64,000 bases of DNA. Origin: Planctomycetota bacterium. GTDB lineage: Bacteria; Planctomycetota; UBA1135; GCA-002686595. Positions within the stretch are counted from its first letter, which is position 1. Each line of letters begins with the position of its first letter. Below, piece by piece: positions 46,683 through 56,054 of this stretch. The DNA lies in NCBI GenBank assembly GCA_014238415.1, contig JABABA010000024.1, positions 499 through 64,498 of the forward strand, read 5' to 3'. The notes under the pieces are model-generated. The model was not told the DNA's origin and did not search any database. It saw only the letters and a program-made list of their open reading frames with translations. A program made the position numbers and the translations under genes.

Positions 46683-47450
46683 TCAGCTTGAAAGCTCTTC
46701 GAGCCACTCGCCGGGCATGTCGTGATTTGAATAAACGCTCTGGACATCGTCATTGTCCTCAAGTGCATCGATCAGTTTCAAGATCTTGCGGGCATCATCT
46801 TTTGAAGTGATCTCCACCGTGTTCTGAGGAATGTAGCCGGTCTCAGCTGAAAGCAGCATCAGACCGCCCGCCTCAAGGGGAGCCTTGACGCTCAGGAAGT
46901 CCTGGGGCGGCGCCAGGACCATGGCCACCCCGTCTTCCACAGATACATCTTCAGCGCCGGCCTCCAGAGCCACTTCCATGACCTTGTCCTCGTCCACCGC
47001 TTCGCCCTCTTCGGGACTCATATCCACCATGAAGATCGACTGGAAATCGAACATGAAGGCGACCGACCCGCTGGCGCCCAGATTACCGCCGTTTTTCTCC
47101 AGAATGAATTTCACGTCAGGTGCCGTACGGCTGCGATTGTCAGTCAGGCAGCACACAAGCAAGGCGACTCCTCCAGGGGCGTAGCCCTCGTAGATAAGCT
47201 CCTCAAAGGCATCACCGCCCTTGTCCCCGGCGCCGCGCTTGATCACGCGCTCCACATTGTCTTTCGGCATATTTGCCGCCCGAGCCTTCTCCAAGGCGTA
47301 CTTGAGCTTGAGATTTGTCTCAGGATCGGGACCGGCTTGACGAACGGCCGAGAGAATGTTTCGAGCGATCTTGTTGAAGATCTTGGCTCGTTTGGCATCC
47401 ACCGCGTTCTTGCGGTGCTTGATATTTGCGCTGTGACTGTGACCGGCCAT
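46683..47450 (-). CDS. yebC: YebC/PmpR-family transcriptional regulator
   Basis: It has the canonical N-terminus MAGHSHSANIKHRKNAVDAKRAKIFNK from ATG 47450. The listed ORF extension upstream is non-homologous. Confidence 0.93.
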   Translation of the reverse strand: MAGHSHSANIKHRKNAVDAKRAKIFNKIARNILSAVRQAGPDPETNLKLKYALEKARAANMPKDNVERVIKRGAGDKGGDAFEELIYEGYAPGGVALLVCCLTDNRSRTAPDVKFILEKNGGNLGASGSVAFMFDFQSIFMVDMSPEEGEAVDEDKVMEVALEAGAEDVSVEDGVAMVLAPPQDFLSVKAPLEAGGLMLLSAETGYIPQNTVEITSKDDARKILKLIDALEDNDDVQSVYSNHDMPGEWLEELSS

Positions 47451-47460
47451 TCTGGTGTGA

Positions 47461-47508
47461 GGGGCTTGGGGTCTGGGGGTGTGAGGGTCTGGGAGGGGTC
47501 TGGAAGGG
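47461..47508. repeat. G-tract / GGGTCTGG triple repeat in the yebC 5' region
   Basis: GGGGTCTGGGGG (47468-47479), GGGTCTGGG (47485-47493) and GGGGTCTGG (47495-47503) occur, with at least 6 runs of G3-5 within about 50 nt on the + strand. The yebC-sense strand is correspondingly C-rich. Confidence 0.6.
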
Positions 47509-47534
47509 CAGGTGGCCCCCTCCTCATGAACCCC

Positions 47535-47579
47535 ACAAATAACAAAATGAATCCCCCGGTTCCGAGAAGGAACCGGGGG
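47535..47579 (-). terminator. rho-independent terminator of rplM-rpsI
   Basis: There is a perfect 11-bp stem, cccccggttcc/ggaaccggggg (47553-47579), with a 5-nt loop. On the minus strand it is followed by ATTCATTTTGTTATTTG. It lies about 75 nt after the rpsI stop. Confidence 0.8.
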
Positions 47580-47654
47580 ACTCTTGAAGAGAAGTTCTTG
47601 GGCAGGCCAGGGGAAGGTCCAAGCCCAGGGGCCTGGAACCAATCCAGCAACAAA

Positions 47655-48053
47655 CTATCGCTTGGAGAATTGGAAGCCCCGGCGCGCACCACGGCGACCG
47701 TACTTCTTGCGCTCTTTCATGCGCTGGTCCCGGGTCAGGAGGCCATTCTCGCGCAGGGCCTCAAAGGTGGCTGGATTGATCTTGAGCAGGGCCCGGGCCA
47801 AGCCCAGGGAGACCGCTCCTGCCTGACCGGTGGTACCCCCACCGTTCACATTGCAGAAGATGTCGTACTGGGAGCCGGACTCGGTGCACTTCAGGGCTGA
47901 AGCCGCTGCTCCGCGGGTCTGGTGGGTGCTGAAGTACTCGTCAACGGGCTTGCCATTGATGATGAAAGCGCCCGCGCCAGGCTTGAGACGCACACGTGCG
48001 GTGGCAGACTTGCGTCGGCCAAGGCCCCAGGTCCAAGGATTGGTGACGGCCAT
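47655..48053 (-). CDS. rpsI: 30S ribosomal protein S9
   Basis: 132 aa. The C-terminus ...KKYGRRGARRGFQFSKR is diagnostic. Confidence 0.97.
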   Translation of the reverse strand: MAVTNPWTWGLGRRKSATARVRLKPGAGAFIINGKPVDEYFSTHQTRGAAASALKCTESGSQYDIFCNVNGGGTTGQAGAVSLGLARALLKINPATFEALRENGLLTRDQRMKERKKYGRRGARRGFQFSKR

Positions 48054-48103
48054 AGTGAATCGAAGAAAAGGAGTTGGTTGTTGGTTTGTTGAACGCGCCG
48101 GAT

Positions 48104-48535
48104 CTAGAGAGACTCGACCAGGGTCGGCTTTTGAGCCGCGTGTGGATGATCCGGGCCGGTGTAGACCTTGAGGTTGGACAGGATACTGTGTCCCAGACGC
48201 CCCTTGGGCAGCATGCGGCGCACAGCCAGTGTGACCACATCAGTGGGCCGCCGCTCAAGCAGATCATCCACCGTACGCACGCGACGACCACCGGGGTAAC
48301 CTGTGTAGTGCGCGTATTCCTTTTTCTGCCTCTTGGCACCGGTCAGCTGGGGCTGCTCGGCGTTGATCACGATCACATGGGTGTTGCCGCCCTGGCTAGG
48401 GGTCCAGGTGGGACGGTCCTTGCCAATCAAGCTCGTGGCAATGGTGCTCGCCATGCGGCCGAGCACATGCTTGGAGGCATCAAACAGAAGCCAGCGTTCT
48501 TCGGTATCGGAAGCGCAGACGTGGGTGGTCTTCAT
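48104..48535 (-). CDS. rplM: 50S ribosomal protein L13
   Basis: The sequence from ATG 48535 reads MKTTHVCASDTEERWLLFDASKHVLGRMAS..., is 143 aa, and lies upstream of rpsI as in most bacteria. Confidence 0.96.
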   Translation of the reverse strand: MKTTHVCASDTEERWLLFDASKHVLGRMASTIATSLIGKDRPTWTPSQGGNTHVIVINAEQPQLTGAKRQKKEYAHYTGYPGGRRVRTVDDLLERRPTDVVTLAVRRMLPKGRLGHSILSNLKVYTGPDHPHAAQKPTLVESL

Positions 48536-48738
48536 GGGGCCAGAATAAGGGGAGCCAATGGGGCTGATTGCAGGAAGTCGTGCCGAGACATTTAGGCCGA
48601 AGCCAGACACGCAGAACCCTCTGCCCGGCCAGCATGCCGTCCGGAAGTGGGCGCAAGAGGATAGGCATGCCCCCCCTCCTGATCAAGTCTCAGGCCGATT
48701 ATTCATCGAGCCAAGGGCCTCCGGACGGGCCAGCGGCC

Positions 48739-49770
48739 CTATTCCCCGAATCCCACCATCCGCACCCAGACCGATTCCGCACTGGGATCGCCGCCACCGG
48801 GCCCCGTCCCAGCCACCCGGGCCAGCAGAATGCCACGCCCCTGGGGCAGACCCGCAGAAAGCCAGCCCGGGGGGCCCGGACCAGGCAGCGGGTCTGGTAG
48901 AACAGTTCCCAGGGCCCAGGGACCGTGGTGGTTCCAAAGATCATTGCCGTCAGCCGAAAGCCCGCGGCTCCAGACCCGGGTCAAGGCGCCAAAGCTCAGC
49001 ATGTCCGGCTCCAGGATCCCAATCAATCGACGGCTTTCAAAGCTCGCAGCCAAACGGGTTCCCGCTGGACTGCTGACCTGAATCAAGGGGACACCACCTC
49101 CCCCCCCCGGGCCACGGTCATCGACGATGAAATTGATGGGTGTACTGCCCTGGCCCGGGACCATGCCCGGAGTCAGAACCCGCAACAGGCTGGTCTCCTC
49201 GGGCAAGATCAAACTCGCTATCCCCGCGTCGGTGCGCAGCCAGCGAATGGTCTGGCCCTCACGCTGGCCCTCAAAAATCCTGAGGGCTCCAGGGGTTGTA
49301 GGTTCTGTACGCGGCAGGAGCACCAGAGCCAAGGCTCCCGCACTCCCAAAGACCAGGGCCCAGCGCGGCCGTCGTCGAAGACCCAACCCCCCGACACCGG
49401 CCAGGACCAGCAGCAAGGCGGCGCTCAAACCCAGCCGCCGCACAGGGGGACGGGGACCGCTCAAGGCTCGCGAATAAAGAAACCCGGGCAGAGGAGCGTT
49501 CTCCACCAGCCAGCTTTCCACCTCAGCTGATCCTCCACCGCGCACGTCGATCGTCAGCTCTCCTGCGCGTGCACTGGAAACCGGTACTGGCAGGGTCAAC
49601 ACCCGGGATTCACCCGCCAGGACCTCCCCCTGCCAGAGGGCTGCCCCCGCCGAACCACAATCAAGGCGCACCTCGCTCAGCGGACCCTGCACCCGCAACT
49701 CAAGCCGCTGCAGACGATTGTCTTGAGGAGCAAGCCCAAGGCCCACGAGGATTCCCAGCAAGATCATCAT
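48739..49770 (-). CDS. hypothetical membrane protein
   Basis: ATG 49770 overlaps the upstream stop (ATGA). It has an N-terminal hydrophobic segment MMILLGILVGLGL and two central TM helices. I recognised no motif. Confidence 0.55.
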   Translation of the reverse strand: MMILLGILVGLGLAPQDNRLQRLELRVQGPLSEVRLDCGSAGAALWQGEVLAGESRVLTLPVPVSSARAGELTIDVRGGGSAEVESWLVENAPLPGFLYSRALSGPRPPVRRLGLSAALLLVLAGVGGLGLRRRPRWALVFGSAGALALVLLPRTEPTTPGALRIFEGQREGQTIRWLRTDAGIASLILPEETSLLRVLTPGMVPGQGSTPINFIVDDRGPGGGGGVPLIQVSSPAGTRLAASFESRRLIGILEPDMLSFGALTRVWSRGLSADGNDLWNHHGPWALGTVLPDPLPGPGPPGWLSAGLPQGRGILLARVAGTGPGGGDPSAESVWVRMVGFGE

Positions 49771-50372
49771 GGACTTGACTTCTGGGGCAAGCGCACCAAC
49801 AACCAAGGCACAAGAGTCAGCCAGGGTGCATCCCCCAGACCGCGGGGCAGGGTCGCGCGAAAGTAGTTTTCAAAGGGGCCCAATTGCACCAAAGCCTGGA
49901 GCCAATCCGGTCGGCTGTGCAGTCCGCCCCAGGTCCAACAGGCGGCCAGTGTCGCGGGCAATATCAAGCAGCCCCACCAGGCGAGTTCATAGGAATTGAC
50001 CTGGGCGGAACTCCTGGCATTCTCACCAGCCGCCCGCCGGGCTCCGTCGGCAAGCAAGGCGATCAACAGGAGGGCCAGAAACAGGTGCAATCCATGGGTT
50101 TGAAACCCCCTGCCCGGATCGAGACGCATGGCCGCCGCCAGGCCGGGCAAGGCACAACCCAGAACGACCCCCACGGACTGCGGACGGCCTCCGGGCACAC
50201 CCGCCAGAAGAAGCCAGATCAAAGCCACTCCCGAGAAGCGCGACCCATCCCCCAGGAGATGCCCCAAAGGACCGGGAAGCGCCAACAACAAGCCCGTAGC
50301 GCACAATCCGAGCATCAGGCGCAACATGCCGAAGATGCCCCTCCAAGCCCCAGGCCAATGTTCACTTGCCAT
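49767..50372 (-). CDS. hypothetical polytopic membrane protein
   Basis: It has about 5 hydrophobic helices. The start is uncertain: ATG 50372 overlaps the FtsQ-like stop by 11 nt, and ATG 50327 is an alternative. Confidence 0.5.
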   Translation of the reverse strand: MASEHWPGAWRGIFGMLRLMLGLCATGLLLALPGPLGHLLGDGSRFSGVALIWLLLAGVPGGRPQSVGVVLGCALPGLAAAMRLDPGRGFQTHGLHLFLALLLIALLADGARRAAGENARSSAQVNSYELAWWGCLILPATLAACWTWGGLHSRPDWLQALVQLGPFENYFRATLPRGLGDAPWLTLVPWLLVRLPQKSSP

Positions 50373-51222
50373 CCCTCTCGGCAACATCCCAACGCACATC
50401 CAGGACTTCCCAATCAGCGCCTTCGGCCGCGTCCAGGAACCCTTCCACAGCGTGATCCCATTTGATGCGGTCGGGCAGTTCACCAGGCCCCCGTTCCAGG
50501 GGGGAATCACCGTATACAATCACTCGCTTGCCCTCCAGATAAAGGAGCGCTCCCCCGGGCAGCTGGTCCGGCGCACGCTCCTTTCTTACATCGAAAACCA
50601 CGCGTCCAAAGAGAGCGCGCTCATCGGCGTTGAGATGTTCCCGAAAGGAGCGCGCCAGGGAGAGGGCAGAGAGCAACAGACTGTCGTAGGTTGGCTCCCC
50701 AATGAAGGGATCCTCCTGTTCCCACTCCAGAGGAGTGGGCAGCAGCATGGGCAGGAAGTCTGGTCCCCTTTGATGGGGCGCATCGCTCCAGCCGGGTAGC
50801 AGGCTCCCGTCCGCAGCCATGGGTAGATACTCTTGACCCAATCGTACGCAAGCAATCGGCTCCACAAGGCGAACGCGCAGGGTCAGACCTGCAGGCCAAA
50901 GAACTTCACCCGGCTCCACCTGCGCTACAAAGGGCAGGGCCAAGATGTCCGCACGAAGGGCCGCGCGCGCTTCGTGGTCCGTAACCAAAAGGGCCCGGTG
51001 ACGCAGCAACAAGTCCTCGAGTTCCTGCCGCCAGTCCGGGCTGAACCAGGCCTGACCATGGTGCAGACGGTAATGCGCCAGATCAACCCGAGCCACTCCC
51101 CGGTCCAGGGCGCTGCGCTCCAACAGGACCACGCCGATACCCACAGCCAGAATGACCAGGGCCACAGGAATCCAAAGGGGAACCGCCCCACGACGAGGGG
51201 AAAGCCGAGCCCGAGCGGGCAT
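50362..51222 (-). CDS. FtsQ/DivIB-like protein (TM + POTRA-like domain)
   Basis: The sequence from ATG 51222 has a basic tail, the TM helix VPLWIPVALVILAVGIGVVLL and a POTRA-like stretch ...LRADILALPFVAQVEPGEVLWPAGLTLRVRLVEPIACV. It is not located in a dcw cluster. Confidence 0.55.
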   Translation of the reverse strand: MPARARLSPRRGAVPLWIPVALVILAVGIGVVLLERSALDRGVARVDLAHYRLHHGQAWFSPDWRQELEDLLLRHRALLVTDHEARAALRADILALPFVAQVEPGEVLWPAGLTLRVRLVEPIACVRLGQEYLPMAADGSLLPGWSDAPHQRGPDFLPMLLPTPLEWEQEDPFIGEPTYDSLLLSALSLARSFREHLNADERALFGRVVFDVRKERAPDQLPGGALLYLEGKRVIVYGDSPLERGPGELPDRIKWDHAVEGFLDAAEGADWEVLDVRWDVAERDGK

Positions 51223-51313
51223 GTGGATCGGGCGCACCATCATGGAAACAAGGGCCGCGCCCGCGCACGCTGGCAATATCCCGCGGGACGGGGCGTGTCA
51301 GCCCCCGCTGAAC

Positions 51314-51568
51314 TCAGTTACGAGCCGTCATCAGGGTGGGCTCGGTGCTGCGCAACGACTCCACGCTTGAGCCAGCACCCAGACAACGAATGGCTTCTTC
51401 GATGAAGAGGTCCAATGTCGTCTGCATCTCTAGGACCTCGTCACGTGAGAGACTGATACTGCGGCTGCTTGACTGAGCATTGAGTTCGTGGCCCAGCAGG
51501 CGCGAAAGAACCTTGAGGTGGGAGACCTGGCGAGTGAGGGGCTGTACGCTGCGGGATTCGATGGACAT
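51314..51568 (-). CDS. small hypothetical protein (84 aa)
   Basis: It has an ATG start and plausible codon usage, and is predicted helical. It is on the same strand as, and upstream of, the FtsQ-like gene. I recognised no motif. Confidence 0.4.
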   Translation of the reverse strand: MSIESRSVQPLTRQVSHLKVLSRLLGHELNAQSSSRSISLSRDEVLEMQTTLDLFIEEAIRCLGAGSSVESLRSTEPTLMTARN

Positions 51569-51756
51569 GTGTGTGTTGCTTGGTGTGGGCGGGTGTTGCT
51601 GCTCGAGTGGAGCTGGCCGGGTCTTGCTGCAGAGGGTTGTTCCGCGGCTCCTAGAGTAGTTAGATAACGACTTGCGACCGCCGTCTCAAGCAAGACGACT
51701 CCATTGTCGGCTAGGAAGTCCTTCATTTCTTGACGGCTTTGCCTGGCCACCTGCCC

Positions 51757-53967
51757 ATGCCTGACCCCAACGAGCCCCTCCCCTTCGGGGTGATGCCAGA
51801 CGATCTGCCCCCCCGTACCCCCCCCAGGGCAGGGGAAAAGCCCCCACCCACAGATGGCGATGGGGAATCTGGTGCCCCAACTTGGACCCCTCCCAGCCAA
51901 GAACCAACGGCCCCTCGCAAAGAAGAGGTTTTTGACGCAAAGAACCGGGTGATCCAATGGGGCAAGTTCACCCTGCAGCCCTTCCAGATCAAGGCCATCG
52001 CTGCAGTACGGGCGGGCCAGAATGTGTTGGTGGCCGCTCCCACCGGCGCGGGCAAGACCCTGGTGGCGGAGTACGCCGCTCTGGATGCTGTTCACCGCGG
52101 ACGCCGAGTGATCTACACCGCCCCGATCAAAGCCCTCTCCAGCCAGAAGTACCGCGACTTCAAGGAGGACCCCGATGTGCATGTGGGCATCATGACCGGG
52201 GACGTGACGATTTCGGCCCAGGCCCAGGTGCTGGTGATGACCACCGAAATCCTGCGCAACGCCATCTTCGAAAATCCGGAACTGGTGGAACAGGTCGAGT
52301 ATGTGGTCTTCGACGAGGTGCACTTCTTGGACGACAGAGAGCGCGGCATGGTCTGGGAGGAGTGCCTGATTTTTCTGCCCCCCCACATACGCTTGATCTG
52401 CCTCTCGGCCACGATCTCCAACGTGACCGAATTGGGCGCCTGGATCGGAGAGGTTCGCCCCCAGAAAAGCGTGGTGATCCATGAGGAAAGCCGACCCGTG
52501 CCCCTCTCCCATTGGATGCACACCGAAGCGTCGGGCACCTTTGATCCAGGCCGCCTGAAGATCGCCCGCAAGAAAGCGCAAGAAATCCTCGACGCAGAAC
52601 GCAGCAAACGCCGCGGTGAACGGCGACGCAGACGAGGTGGAGGGCGGGGCCGCGGTGGCCCGCGACCGGCCCCGGACCGGCCGGACTCCAGAAGCCTGAT
52701 CGATGAACTGGTGGAGCAGGACCGCCTGCCCGCCCTGGTGTTTTCGTTCAGCAGGAAGGATGTGGAGCGATTGGCGCACCAAAACCAACGCCGGGAGCTG
52801 CTCAACTCGCAGGATGTCGAGCGCATGCACCAGTTGCAGGATGAATTGCTCGCAATCTTCCAACTGCCTCGGAAATTTCTGCGGGGAGAAATCATGCAAA
52901 TGGCCCTGGGAGGGGTCGCATATCACCATGCGGGGCTGTTGCCCGTGCACAAGGAACTGGTTGAACGCATGTTCACCGCCGGTCTGATCAAGCTGCTCTT
53001 CACCACCGAAACTTTTGCATTGGGCATCAACATGCCCGCGCGCTCAGTGATCTTCAGCCAGTTGCGCAAGTTCGATGGGATCAGCTTCGATTGGTTGCGC
53101 ACACGAGACTACCTGCAGATGGCAGGGCGCGCCGGACGCCAGGGCATCGACCCCAAGGGCTGGGTCTATTCCGTGCTGGGCAACCGCGATCTGGTCGAGG
53201 CGCCTCTGGAGCGATTATTCGCTGGCAAACCCGAGCCAGTTACCAGTCGCTTCCTACTGTCCTACTCCACTATCCTGCATCTGGTTGAGGCCGCCGGACG
53301 GGATCGGTTGCAAGAGGCCTTCGATTGCTCCTTCGCCCAATTCCAGGCTCGTGGAGGTAGCAAGAAAGCTCGCGTTCACCAGCGTGAGGATCAACGCCGT
53401 GCGGTCAAGAGCCGGTTGCGCTTCCTGGAGTCCCTTGGATACCTGGAAGGAGAGGAGGTCAGCCCGCGGGGCAAAATCGCACGGCTGCTCTCGGGCCATG
53501 AGGTCCAGGTGACCCAATTGCTCTTCAGCGGCTGCCTGGAGGAAATCCCGCCCCAGGGTCTGATGGTGATCTTCGTGGGGTTGATCCACGAAGAGCGAGG
53601 TCGCTTCCGGCGCTTTGTTCCAAACAAGCTGTTTGGCGACCTACGGGGAGAGGTGACAGCGATTCTGGGCCAGGCCGGACGCCAGGAACACCGGCTGGGC
53701 ATCGAGCCAGCCATGAAACAGCCCGACTGGGGCCTGACGGAAGCCGCAACAGCGTGGTACGAAGGGGCCCCAATGGAAGAACTGGAAGACCTGATGGACG
53801 CCACCCCCGGAGACTTCTGCCGGGTCCTACGCATGTCGATCCAATTGATGCGCAATACGAAACGAGCCATTGATGTCTCCTGGGACCTGGGAGAGAAGCT
53901 CGACGAAGCGGTCCTCGCGATCAACCGGGACGAAATCGATGCCCGGCGACAGTTGCGCCTGGGGTAA
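51757..53967 (+). CDS. Ski2-like (HelY/DSHCT-type) DEAD/DEAH-box helicase
   Basis: It has motif I APTGAGKT, motif II FDEVHFL, motif III SAT and motif VI QMAGRAGRQG, plus a C-terminal DSH-like region. ATG 51757 is preferred over the listed TTG 51730. Confidence 0.88.
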   Translation: MPDPNEPLPFGVMPDDLPPRTPPRAGEKPPPTDGDGESGAPTWTPPSQEPTAPRKEEVFDAKNRVIQWGKFTLQPFQIKAIAAVRAGQNVLVAAPTGAGKTLVAEYAALDAVHRGRRVIYTAPIKALSSQKYRDFKEDPDVHVGIMTGDVTISAQAQVLVMTTEILRNAIFENPELVEQVEYVVFDEVHFLDDRERGMVWEECLIFLPPHIRLICLSATISNVTELGAWIGEVRPQKSVVIHEESRPVPLSHWMHTEASGTFDPGRLKIARKKAQEILDAERSKRRGERRRRRGGGRGRGGPRPAPDRPDSRSLIDELVEQDRLPALVFSFSRKDVERLAHQNQRRELLNSQDVERMHQLQDELLAIFQLPRKFLRGEIMQMALGGVAYHHAGLLPVHKELVERMFTAGLIKLLFTTETFALGINMPARSVIFSQLRKFDGISFDWLRTRDYLQMAGRAGRQGIDPKGWVYSVLGNRDLVEAPLERLFAGKPEPVTSRFLLSYSTILHLVEAAGRDRLQEAFDCSFAQFQARGGSKKARVHQREDQRRAVKSRLRFLESLGYLEGEEVSPRGKIARLLSGHEVQVTQLLFSGCLEEIPPQGLMVIFVGLIHEERGRFRRFVPNKLFGDLRGEVTAILGQAGRQEHRLGIEPAMKQPDWGLTEAATAWYEGAPMEELEDLMDATPGDFCRVLRMSIQLMRNTKRAIDVSWDLGEKLDEAVLAINRDEIDARRQLRLG

Positions 53968-54309
53968 CCGGGGCCAGAGCATCCGGTCCTGGAGCCGGCG
54001 AGTCTGGAGCCGACTGGACCCGGGTCAACTGGCCGATCACGCCAGACCCCTGAACTCCCTGGGCCGGCAGACCCAGCAACCGTCCGGCGGCCCTGAAATG
54101 GGAGCCAACCCGGACAGCACCCGCCCGCCAGGCCCAACCCGCTGGAACCCGAATACCCCTGCGGGGCTCTGAAACACAGGTTTTGAGCTTATTTTGCCCG
54201 GGAATCTTGTTACTCTCAGTGGCTCAGTGGTATTCATCGTGGAATTCACCACCTGTATTCTGACACAGTCTCCTGGCCCCGCCCGTAGGGCTGAACCCTC
54301 CCCCAGCCC

Positions 54310-55116
54310 ATGCTATCCGCCCTCGTCCTCAGCCTGAGTGCATCCCTGCCCACGCTGATGGCTCCCGAGGTCAGGGGTCCCCAATACCGGCCAACCCACG
54401 TATCCGCTTCCAGCGCAACGGCCCAGCCGGTGCGCTTGACGGCCGCGGACAAGGTTCAACTCGGAGCGACCTACTACGCTCCCAAGAAGCTCAGCCAGAA
54501 GAACCCCGCCGTACTATTGGTGCATGACGCCGGGCAGGATGCAAGTCAGGTGACGGACATGGCCATCGCCTGGCAGAAACGGGGCTTCGCGGTCCTGACC
54601 CTGGACCTGCGCGGGCATGGATCCAGCAGAACCGAACTCTGCAACTGGAAGACCTCCACCCCCAAGGAACGCGACGTGCTCTGGGCCATGGCCAAGCGGG
54701 ATCTGGACGCAGCCAACGCCTACCTCAAAAGTCGACGGGAAGTTCACCACTCACGCATCATTGCCGCGGGCAAGGGAGCCGCTGCGGGTCTGGTTCTGGC
54801 CCAAGGGGTCGACGATCCCGATCTGGCAGGGGTTGTGTTGATCTCCCCGCCCAAGGGGGAGGATCCGACCTATGGCTTCAACCTGTCCAAACAACTGCGC
54901 GATTTGGAAGGTCTGCCGACCCTGATCGTCTGTGGACGAGAGGGGAGCAAGAACTGCACGGCCTTGGCGACTCAAGCCCACGAAGCCAATGACGGGTATG
55001 AGTACATCACCGTGACTCCGTTGCGCTGCGAAACCAAGAAACTCCTGCAGGACCGCCGCCTGCACGGGAGCCTTACCACCTGGACAAAGAAGCTGATCGC
55101 GTCCTCGGACTCCTAG
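54310..55116 (+). CDS. alpha/beta-hydrolase-fold protein, nucleophile elbow apparently degenerate
   Basis: It has HD...LDLRGHGSS (oxyanion/lid region). The expected GxSxG position reads AGKGAAAG. Confidence 0.65.
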   Translation: MLSALVLSLSASLPTLMAPEVRGPQYRPTHVSASSATAQPVRLTAADKVQLGATYYAPKKLSQKNPAVLLVHDAGQDASQVTDMAIAWQKRGFAVLTLDLRGHGSSRTELCNWKTSTPKERDVLWAMAKRDLDAANAYLKSRREVHHSRIIAAGKGAAAGLVLAQGVDDPDLAGVVLISPPKGEDPTYGFNLSKQLRDLEGLPTLIVCGREGSKNCTALATQAHEANDGYEYITVTPLRCETKKLLQDRRLHGSLTTWTKKLIASSDS

Positions 55117-55173
55117 GGCGAGCGGACAATGTGCCCTGCTGGGACCGTCCCTGTGGCATAGTCATGCTCAAGC

Positions 55174-56043
55174 ATGCGATTGTTGAGCGATTTTGACGGA
55201 GTCTGGACCGACCAGGGAGAAGAAGCGCGAGTCGTTCGCGAGGCATTTGTCGCGGCGGTTGCGAAAGCCCAGGGCCAGGACCTGGACCAGACCCGAAGGG
55301 AATACGAGAGCTTCTTGGGCGAGATCATGGCCCAGCCACAGGACAACGGCTGGGCTCCCCAGGGGCGCGTGACCGCCTTCGTTGATGAAGATCCGCTGCT
55401 ACAGACCTCGTCCGTGGGCGCCTGGCTCGATCGAGTGAGCGAGCCCTCGGAAAGCGTCGCCCTCTGGCGCGAAGCAGCAGGTTCCCTGGGACACACCACA
55501 GTCAGCGAACTCGCCAACGAGATCTTCGGCAGCGCCACCCGCGAGCATCTGGCTCGTGGCAACCACGCCCTGGTGCCAGAGGCGAAGGAAGTAATGGACC
55601 AACTGCTCCAACGCGATGTCGATCTTGTGGTGGTCTCGAACTCCGACACATCCAAGCTGGCCAGGCTCTTTGAGAGCATCGGCCTGCGTCCGGGCGTGGA
55701 CTTGCGCCTGCGTGGTGGCGCGGGCAAGTATGTGCTGGGAGATGCGCCCAGTTCTCTTTCCCTGGGAGGCCGGCAGGTGTTCGTGGACCGGCCGCGCTAT
55801 GCAGCTCTGCTCCTGGAAGAGAACCCGGATCTGGTGATCGGAGATGTGACTTCTCTTGATCTGGCCCTGCCCTATTCCCTGCGCGCCAGCGGCCAACTCA
55901 AGCCCTCCCTGCAGCTCATTCTGCGCCAACACCCCCACACCCCGGACTGGGTGCTGCCCCAGGGGCAGAACGGCACAGACGCTCGAGTCCTGCATGACCA
56001 CGCCCTCGAAGGGTTGCGTGGCTTGCTCGGACACCTGGAATAA
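55174..56043 (+). CDS. HAD-superfamily hydrolase-like protein
   Basis: It has motif I DFDGV, motif II VVVSNS and a motif III-like K...GD (GAGKYVLGD / VIGDVTSLD). Confidence 0.65.
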   Translation: MRLLSDFDGVWTDQGEEARVVREAFVAAVAKAQGQDLDQTRREYESFLGEIMAQPQDNGWAPQGRVTAFVDEDPLLQTSSVGAWLDRVSEPSESVALWREAAGSLGHTTVSELANEIFGSATREHLARGNHALVPEAKEVMDQLLQRDVDLVVVSNSDTSKLARLFESIGLRPGVDLRLRGGAGKYVLGDAPSSLSLGGRQVFVDRPRYAALLLEENPDLVIGDVTSLDLALPYSLRASGQLKPSLQLILRQHPHTPDWVLPQGQNGTDARVLHDHALEGLRGLLGHLE

Positions 56044-56054
56044 GAAGGACGATC

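Noticed and set aside
51430-52950. A 506-aa minus-strand ORF opposite the Ski2-like helicase.
   Set aside because: The helicase motifs I, II, III and VI are all on the plus strand, so the minus-strand ORF is a G+C artefact.
54215-54245. A tRNA D-arm-like string, GGCTCAGTGGTA.
   Set aside because: There is no closing D-stem, anticodon arm or T-loop (GGTTCGAATCC-type) nearby. The string is more simply read as spacer sequence of a possible promoter.
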